Origin: Candidatus Firestoneibacteriota bacterium
GTDB lineage: Bacteria; Oederibacteriota; D2-FULL-39-29; JBBTED01
Assembly: GCA_038042445.1 (NCBI GenBank)
Contig: JBBTED010000159.1
Location: forward strand, 1 to 29,331
Length of the DNA stretch: 29,331 nt
Direction: 5' to 3'
A model generated the notes under the pieces. It saw only the letters and a list, made by a program, of their open reading frames with translations, was not told where the DNA came from and did no database searches. The first letter of the stretch is position 1. Every line of letters begins with the position of its first letter. A program made the translations under genes and the position numbers. This document shows, one piece after another, positions 1 through 5,153 of the stretch.

Positions 1-234
1 TGCCATAGAAAGTTGTTTTCTGGAATCTGTACCATTAAATATTACATCTTCCATATTACTTCCACGCAATGATTTTGCGCTTTGTTCGCCAAGAACCCAT
101 CTTATAGCATCACTTATATTAGTTTTGCCACATCCATTTGGCCCAATTACTGCTGTAATCCCCGGCTCAAACAATAATTCAGTTTTATCAACAAAGGATT
201 TAAACCCATATACCTCTAATTTTTTAAAATGCAT
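1..234 (-). CDS. smc: Chromosome segregation protein SMC, N-terminal part (continues past the left edge)
   Basis: Manual translation: [68 protein letters not shown]. It has GFKSF, Walker [10 protein letters not shown] and [14 protein letters not shown], typical of SMC. AGGAG RBS at ~244-248. Confidence 0.96.
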   Translation of the reverse strand, partial: MHFKKLEVYGFKSFVDKTELLFEPGITAVIGPNGCGKTNISDAIRWVLGEQSAKSLRGSNMEDVIFNGTDSRKQLSMA

Positions 235-292
235 TTTTCTATTCTCCTATTTAATATAATTTTCGTATATAATGTGGTATTTATTTATAAAA

Positions 293-337
293 CTACTATA
301 TATGGTATATAATCACAAAAAAGTGTATTTTTGTCAA
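293..337 (-). promoter_or_regulatory. sigma70-like promoter of smc with an adjacent NrdR-box-like palindrome
   Basis: Minus strand TTGACA (337-332)-N17-GATTAT preceded by TGn. ctaCtAtATaTgGtat (293-308) resembles the NrdR consensus acaCwAtATaTwGtgt. Confidence 0.5.
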
Positions 338-365
338 GTATTTTTGCGGGAGAAAACTCTAAAAT

Positions 366-800
366 TTATTCTATTACAAAGCCAGTAATTTCTCTCATTT
401 TTTTATTTATTATTATATTACAGTATTCCACACCATTAAGATTAATATACGGTGCAAGAATTTCTTTATAAAAGGGATTTGCATAGTGAGGTGATCGATA
501 GGGTATATATATTAAGGCGTCTATAGGCATGTTTGATAATGTTGGTATTGTTTCAAATTGTATTTTTAGGAAACCGAATTCCTCACTGTCTTTTTCATTA
601 CTAGTTTTTAACCAATTTATAGGTGGAGTTTTGATATCCGGTGAATATATTACAAGCGGAGATTCTAAAAGCAAATTAATAGTTCCATTATAATATGCAT
701 CAATGTTTGGTATATATTTTTTTAAAAAAGGCTTTTGTAACGGGATCGTACACAATGATGCCTTACCTAAACCCTTTTGTATTTTCCCTTTAATTTTCAT
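366..800 (-). CDS. Cassette ORF, distant CTP-dependent (archaeal-type) riboflavin kinase / DUF120-like protein
   Basis: KGKIQKGLGKAS, YNGTINL, RSPH and EILAP resemble the RibK motifs GxVxSGxGEG, PYPGTLN, RTxH and EIIAP. Begins 10 nt after the GTTAGAA core. Confidence 0.55.
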   Translation of the reverse strand: MKIKGKIQKGLGKASLCTIPLQKPFLKKYIPNIDAYYNGTINLLLESPLVIYSPDIKTPPINWLKTSNEKDSEEFGFLKIQFETIPTLSNMPIDALIYIPYRSPHYANPFYKEILAPYINLNGVEYCNIIINKKMREITGFVIE

Positions 801-810
801 TATTTTTTAT

Positions 811-892
811 TTCTAACAGTATAAACTCATCAATTCTTAACAGCTACGGTTTTTCACCACTATTAAAAATCTGATGAAGCGACTTGTTAGGA
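811..892 (-). mobile_element. attC site (82 bp)
   Basis: Minus strand TCCTAAC-aagtcg-CTTCATCA...TGATGAG-tttatact-GTTAGAA. The L''/L' arms pair with one extrahelical base and the spacer is unpaired. Confidence 0.88.
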
Positions 893-901
893 TACATACT
901 T

Positions 902-1501
902 TCAATAACCAAATAGCATGGAAAGGAACCCTTTTTTTCTTTGGTTAGCTGCCAAATTAACTTGGTTTGCTATTTCCTCAATTCTTGCGACATCGCCAGC
1001 ACGAATGTTAAATTGCGGCACAATAACGTTCATATGTTCATCATTTATATCGAGGTTTTTCTGAATCCATTCCAAACCACAAAGCGTCGAGGTATTTGCA
1101 TCTGTTTCATATCCTATTTTTGCTATTTCTTTTATCCTTTTGTTATACACCAGTGCAAAATCTCTAAATTCTTTATCCAACTGTTGTGATGCTAAAAAAG
1201 CGACTCCTTCGTTTGATTTATCTTCAGCTAATTCATACGCTGTCCTAAGAACAATGCTCTTCATACTCTGCTCCATCAAATCTCTCCGTAAAGTGGTATT
1301 GCTAAGATTTGACCAGACGCCATTTGCATAAGCCCAGTTAAGAAAAGAAAATATCTTAAAAATGGTAACGATTTGCTTTTCTGATACTAGCTTATTGACA
1401 GTTTCTTTCACAATTTGCAGAAAGAGTTCTTTGTGTTGATGAGCGTATTTGGCTCCTGCGTCTGCAATAAGATTACATAATTCCACCAAAGCCAAGTTCA
1501 T
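902..1501 (-). CDS. Cassette-encoded hypothetical protein (~199 aa; alternative start 1534)
   Basis: ORF between GTTAGGA (1534-1540) and TCCTAAC (886-892). GGAGG RBS precedes ATG at 1501. No recognisable family. Confidence 0.8.
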   Translation of the reverse strand: MNLALVELCNLIADAGAKYAHQHKELFLQIVKETVNKLVSEKQIVTIFKIFSFLNWAYANGVWSNLSNTTLRRDLMEQSMKSIVLRTAYELAEDKSNEGVAFLASQQLDKEFRDFALVYNKRIKEIAKIGYETDANTSTLCGLEWIQKNLDINDEHMNVIVPQFNIRAGDVARIEEIANQVNLAANQRKKGFLSMLFGY

Positions 1502-1533
1502 TTGGCAATCCTCCGTTTTTATAATCAGTTTCA

Positions 1534-1640
1534 TCCTAACAATTAATATACAAAGTTCCTAGTTACCTGCCTGCCGTCAGGTAGCTCAAAAACTTCCTAT
1601 AAATTTATCAAATTTTATCTCTATATTTGCTGTAAGTCAA
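1534..1640 (-). promoter_or_regulatory. Pc-like promoter followed by an attI-like recombination core
   Basis: TTGACT (1640-1635)-N17-TAAAAT (1617-1612), then a GC hairpin (1561-1586), then AACTTTGTATATTAATT-GTTAGGA. The GTT core has no matching attC left arm. Confidence 0.6.
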
Positions 1641-1656
1641 TAAATACTACTTTAAC

Positions 1657-1676
1657 ACTCAAATGATTTGTTGGGC
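1657..1676 (-). mobile_element. Truncated attC (R'' and start of L'' only)
   Basis: GCCCAAC-aaatcatttgagt lies 6 nt after the ORF stop and is the exact complement of this cassette's start core GTTGGGC. No palindromic right arm follows. Confidence 0.65.
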
Positions 1677-1682
1677 TTTTTA

Positions 1683-2333
1683 TTATTTCATGATATATTC
1701 ATTATATATTTGGTAAAAAGTATTCAGTAGATTTACTCTTTTTCCTTTTGTTTCTTCCTTTTTCAATACCCTCGACAAAGGGACTCTATAAAAAACATCC
1801 GCATGTTGCACATTAGGACAATAGCTTTGCTGTTCACTCATTTCTTTGCGTACTCTTTCATACAACTCACGCTCAGCTTCTTCGTAATATTCTTCACCAA
1901 CTTTGAGAAACATATTTTTTTTGTTTTCAGAATATTCAGAAAATGGAGCATTTTCTTTGATCCATGACTTCATTGGCTCCGTTTCAAGCTGATATAAAGC
2001 AGCATTCATGCCAATAAACTGAATAGCATCTTCAGGCACCATATTATCAACATATTTGCATAAACCCTGCTGTTCATCATTTGGTTCTGCGTCAAGTGTA
2101 TATAAGTAGTCAGCAAGCCATTCAAGATATTCATGGTATTCATTATCAGAAGTACATACGCCAATAAAATTTCCGTATTTATCTTTAGGAACTTCACCAT
2201 AACGATTATCTTTCCCCCATCTCACACCTACATATATAAGGCCGATAGGAACTATTTGTTCGTCCGACCTGCCGGGAAATGCCTTGCGTAAGATGTCCAT
2301 CATAGGACTATTGTTATTTCCATTTTTTTTCAT
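1683..2333 (-). CDS. Cassette-encoded hypothetical acidic protein (~216 aa)
   Basis: ATG at 2333 lies 8 nt after GTTGGGC. The track's start at 2384 falls inside the attC. Confidence 0.8.
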   Translation of the reverse strand: MKKNGNNNSPMMDILRKAFPGRSDEQIVPIGLIYVGVRWGKDNRYGEVPKDKYGNFIGVCTSDNEYHEYLEWLADYLYTLDAEPNDEQQGLCKYVDNMVPEDAIQFIGMNAALYQLETEPMKSWIKENAPFSEYSENKKNMFLKVGEEYYEEAERELYERVRKEMSEQQSYCPNVQHADVFYRVPLSRVLKKEETKGKRVNLLNTFYQIYNEYIMK

Positions 2334-2341
2334 TTTTGTTA

Positions 2342-2403
2342 GCCCAACATTAAAAATTACCTGCCAAGCCAAAAACTTAGTCAAGTGGACTAAATTGTTA
2401 TGA
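2342..2403 (-). mobile_element. attC site (62 bp)
   Basis: TCATAAC-aattta-gtccacttgactaag ttt ttggcttggcaggtaat-ttttaat-GTTGGGC. The upstream ORF stop TAA lies in R''. Confidence 0.8.
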
Positions 2404-3045
2404 AATAATTAATTCATTAGCTAAATATTCCAATAATTTTGTCATCTCATTTTGGTCGCTCTGCAGATGCAATTGCTCTATAATTTCTTGATTATTTATT
2501 TGATCACCTACCATTTCAATAACATATTTGCTGTTTAATATTATAGTATCTCTGTGCTCTATATTATGTACTGGTTCAAAGAATTGTATTGCACCAACTA
2601 AAAGTCTCGCAAAATTAGTTTTAGATAATCTATTTTTTGCACGCAATATAAATACTTCGTGAGAATGCTTATCCATATTATCGTTAAAAAAATCGTCATA
2701 GGCAGTTTTAATATCTTTGATAAAAGTGTAAGGTTTTAGTAAATCTTCAAGAGAGGTAAGTAGTCTGTCAAGAATACCTATAGTAATTAATAGTTTGAAT
2801 TCTTGACTATAGTCCTCTTTATTCATAATACTTATAATATCAATGATCCCAATAGTCATTAACTCCTTAGTAATATAATTTTCTAATTCATATTTTGATG
2901 GAAATCTCTTTTTAATGAGTTTACCGGATTTTGGTCGTTTATTATAGCCAAACGACTGCCATGTAGCATCATTATCCACAATGCCACCTATTATCCCTGT
3001 TAGGATATCTACTAATTGGTTTATATCATTTGTTTTATTTTTCAT
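2398..3045 (-). CDS. Cassette-encoded hypothetical protein (215 aa)
   Basis: ATG lies inside core GTTATGA (3048-3042) and the stop lies inside the complementary TCATAAC. Confidence 0.82.
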   Translation of the reverse strand: MKNKTNDINQLVDILTGIIGGIVDNDATWQSFGYNKRPKSGKLIKKRFPSKYELENYITKELMTIGIIDIISIMNKEDYSQEFKLLITIGILDRLLTSLEDLLKPYTFIKDIKTAYDDFFNDNMDKHSHEVFILRAKNRLSKTNFARLLVGAIQFFEPVHNIEHRDTIILNSKYVIEMVGDQINNQEIIEQLHLQSDQNEMTKLLEYLANELIIS

Positions 3046-3063
3046 AACATCTTATTCCCATAT

Positions 3064-3333
3064 TTATTTTATATCACCCTTACGAAATAGAAATTCCGTA
3101 AAACCTCCGCCACGTGATAGTTCAAATACAGCAATAAACTTAGACTCGAACTTTAATAGCTTGATTGCAGTATCAATACATGGATCAGAAACATATTGGT
3201 CAAAAAAACCGGCTAACTCCTTGGGTATTACAGCGCCTGAAAATTTCTTAATTAGGATACTCTTTGCCATCTCAAAATTACAGTTTTCAAGTTGCTCTCT
3301 AAGTTTCTTTTCATTCAGAAATTCATTTGCCAT
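3064..3333 (-). CDS. Cassette-encoded small hypothetical protein (~89 aa)
   Basis: ATG at 3333 follows GTTAAGA-GGGA (RBS-like). The track's start at 3354 overlaps the attC. Confidence 0.7.
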   Translation of the reverse strand: MANEFLNEKKLREQLENCNFEMAKSILIKKFSGAVIPKELAGFFDQYVSDPCIDTAIKLLKFESKFIAVFELSRGGGFTEFLFRKGDIK

Positions 3334-3345
3334 TATATGGTTCCC

Positions 3346-3404
3346 TCTTAACATAAAAATCAGCCGCCGATCTTTTTGCAGTCAGCTGTATCGCCTCGTT
3401 AAGT
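3346..3404 (-). mobile_element. attC site (59 bp, classic 59-base-element size)
   Basis: ACTTAAC-gaggcga-tacagctgactgc aaaaa gatcggcggctga-tttttat-GTTAAGA. The upstream ORF stop lies in R''. Confidence 0.92.
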
Positions 3405-3884
3405 ACGTTTTTTTGATATGTTTCCTTTTTCAGATTCTTCTTTCACCTTTTCCCACTCTGCCTTCAGCATTACTTGTGTCTCTGAGATTAAATCTCTGAG
3501 AGCTTCTTTAAGCTCGTTATGTTTACTTTTATCTGTTAAACACGGTATCTTATCTACTAATTCAGTAATTTTTTTATCAGCTGTGTCATTTGAATTCAAC
3601 CTAAGTTTTATGATATGTCTTAAATGATCAATCTGTAACAAAACATTTTGTTCATCGGGCTTACCTTGCAAATTTGAAAAAGACCATGTATAGGTCAGCC
3701 CACAAAATTTTGATATATCTTGACGTATCTGCTCACTCCATTCAATGCGTTGCTTTGTAACTGTGTTAATGAAATTAGTTTTTTTCGTTTGTAAATAGTT
3801 GTTAATTAGATTCCAAATACCGAGGATAAATGTTAATCCTATTCCAACGGCATAAACAATATCTTTAGTTTCCATAAGTTTCAT
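3399..3884 (-). CDS. Cassette-encoded hypothetical protein with an N-terminal transmembrane helix
   Basis: Hydrophobic IVYAVGIGLTFILGIWNLI followed by a helical region with KQRIEWSEQIRQDISKF. Bounded by GTTGAGT and ACTTAAC. Confidence 0.82.
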   Translation of the reverse strand: MKLMETKDIVYAVGIGLTFILGIWNLINNYLQTKKTNFINTVTKQRIEWSEQIRQDISKFCGLTYTWSFSNLQGKPDEQNVLLQIDHLRHIIKLRLNSNDTADKKITELVDKIPCLTDKSKHNELKEALRDLISETQVMLKAEWEKVKEESEKGNISKKRT

Positions 3885-3899
3885 TCATTATTCTTTTGA

Positions 3900-3971
3900 A
3901 CTCAACGCCAAAACTCACTGGCGCTTTAGTGCGACAGCAATAAAGTGTCCAATGCAGCGATATTGTTAGAC
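3900..3971 (-). mobile_element. attC site (72 bp)
   Basis: GTCTAAC-aatatc-gctgcattggacactttattgc tgtc gcactaaagcgccagtgag-ttttggc-GTTGAGT, a long imperfect hairpin. Confidence 0.92.
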
Positions 3972-4240
3972 TTTTTATTTATATATTTGCTTTTGAGAGG
4001 GTATTTTTCAGGATGCTCAAGATTGTCTATTTCTAAATCAACATCTAAATCTGGCCAATAGAGATGAAAACCATGAAGTAATTTTACATTTTGGATTGAT
4101 TTTAAGGTTTGGTCTCTAAAATAAGGATATTCATCGAAAGTCAAAAAATACTCTCTTCCTTTTACGAATAACCATATCCCAAACGATGAAATATTTTCAA
4201 CTGATACTGAAATGTTTTTTCCATTCTTTAATGATTTCAT
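3926..4240 (-). CDS. DUF2442 family protein (putative antitoxin)
   Basis: VENISSFGIWLFVKGREYFLTFDEYPYF...LYWPDLDVDLEIDNLEHPEKYPL is typical of DUF2442. The ORF reads into the attC. Confidence 0.85.
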   Translation of the reverse strand: MKSLKNGKNISVSVENISSFGIWLFVKGREYFLTFDEYPYFRDQTLKSIQNVKLLHGFHLYWPDLDVDLEIDNLEHPEKYPLKSKYINKKSNNIAALDTLLLSH

Positions 4241-4291
4241 TTTTATGCTTTCCTGTTTGATGTTGACAATTTCCAATTTCTTTTTGTCAAA

Positions 4292-4558
4292 TTATAATTT
4301 ATCCCATACAGGGATATCTTCTTTTGAATACTTTTTATTCGACATAATATTGTCGTAATTACTTAATATTTCTTCGCGGGTTTTATTCTTCAATATTTTT
4401 TGGATATACTTATTATCTTCAATTTCAACTATTTCTTTTGTAAATGCGAATAATGCAAACTGATTTATTGATACTCCTTGTGTATCAGATATTTTTTCAA
4501 TTTCATTTTTCAACCTTTTTGGTATACGAATAGTTAAAACACTAGCTTTATTTTTCAT
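4292..4558 (-). CDS. Ribbon-helix-helix (CopG/HicB-like) antitoxin
   Basis: VLTIRIPKRLKNEIEKISDTQGVSINQF is an RHH pattern. Overlaps the PIN gene by 11 nt. Confidence 0.85.
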   Translation of the reverse strand: MKNKASVLTIRIPKRLKNEIEKISDTQGVSINQFALFAFTKEIVEIEDNKYIQKILKNKTREEILSNYDNIMSNKKYSKEDIPVWDKL

Positions 4559-4982
4559 TTTTTTTCCTCCAATATTTCAAAAAATTAGATGAGGTGTCAA
4601 TTTTGAGATCGTAAAATTTTAATTCGGCATTATTTTTAAAATCACTAATATTTTGTGTGATAACCCAATCGGCATTGCCGTTTAATGCCAATTCAACAAA
4701 TATATTATCATCTTCATCTTGTAAATTAGGCCGCCATAAGTAATGTGGAATAATCCGTTTACCAATATAAGCAAAATATACCAAAAGGTCATCAACATTT
4801 TCTTTGGTTAAATTTAGCTCTCGAAGATTTCGCTTTAGAACTTCTTCATATTCAGTAATTACTGCTGTTGAAATCAGTAATGTCAATTCCCCTGACCTTA
4901 TTAAGGACAATATCTTATGCGATGCGCCTTCTTCACTATAGATTGCTTGAAATAGCACATTTGTATCTAATACTATTTTCAT
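4548..4982 (-). CDS. PIN-domain toxin (PIN_3-type TA toxin)
   Basis: MKIVLDTNV, EYEEVL, WRPNLQDEDDNIFVELA and VITQNISDF are the acidic PIN motifs. Confidence 0.92.
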   Translation of the reverse strand: MKIVLDTNVLFQAIYSEEGASHKILSLIRSGELTLLISTAVITEYEEVLKRNLRELNLTKENVDDLLVYFAYIGKRIIPHYLWRPNLQDEDDNIFVELALNGNADWVITQNISDFKNNAELKFYDLKIDTSSNFLKYWRKKNEK

Positions 4983-4988
4983 ATTTAT

Positions 4989-5017
4989 ATGATAGTATAT
5001 TTGCTATCACACGTCAA
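4989..5017 (-). promoter_or_regulatory. TA promoter with palindromic operator; probably a leaderless transcript
   Basis: TTGACG (5017-5012)-N17-TATCAT (4994-4989), 6 nt before the ATG. TGATAG-N8-CTATCA (4990-5009) overlaps the -10 and spacer. Confidence 0.75.
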
Positions 5018-5084
5018 GTGGTTTTTGATTTTAATTTTCATGGAGTGTCCCTTTCCGACTAGACGGATAATACTTTAGCTTATA

Positions 5085-5119
5085 AATCTCCCCTAACCCC
5101 TCTTTTTCAAAGAGGGGGA
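5085..5119. repeat. REP-like palindrome family A (CCCCT...AAAGRGGGG)
   Basis: aatctcccctaacccctctttttcaaagaggggga, with similar copies at 8203-8240 and 20676-20708. Confidence 0.8.
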
Positions 5120-5153
5120 ATTCTATAAAAACTTAAAACTATTATTGAGACGT

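Larger units (their letters stand above)
366..4240 (-). mobile_element. Integron gene-cassette array (about 7 ORFs) with no integrase in the window (CALIN-like)
   Basis: Co-oriented short ORFs separated by imperfect palindromes bounded by R''-like (..YAAC) and R'-like (GTT..) cores. Two ORFs stop within the TAAC of the R'' core. Start and end cores of individual cassettes are complementary. Confidence 0.9.

Noticed and set aside
2981..3499. 172-aa plus-strand ORF and the other plus-strand ORFs opposite long minus-strand genes
   Set aside because: Antisense shadows with no motifs; this one crosses cassette boundaries and an attC.
811..3971. CRISPR array or simple terminators as the explanation for the intergenic palindromes
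   Set aside because: The units are not identical direct repeats, are separated by whole genes, lack U-tracts and carry AAC/GTT cores typical of attC.
4983..5153. Integrase remnant or attI at the array head, including GTTAGGG at 5091-5097
   Set aside because: There is no ORF or tyrosine-recombinase motif. The GTT lies inside a REP copy and does not complement GTCTAAC.
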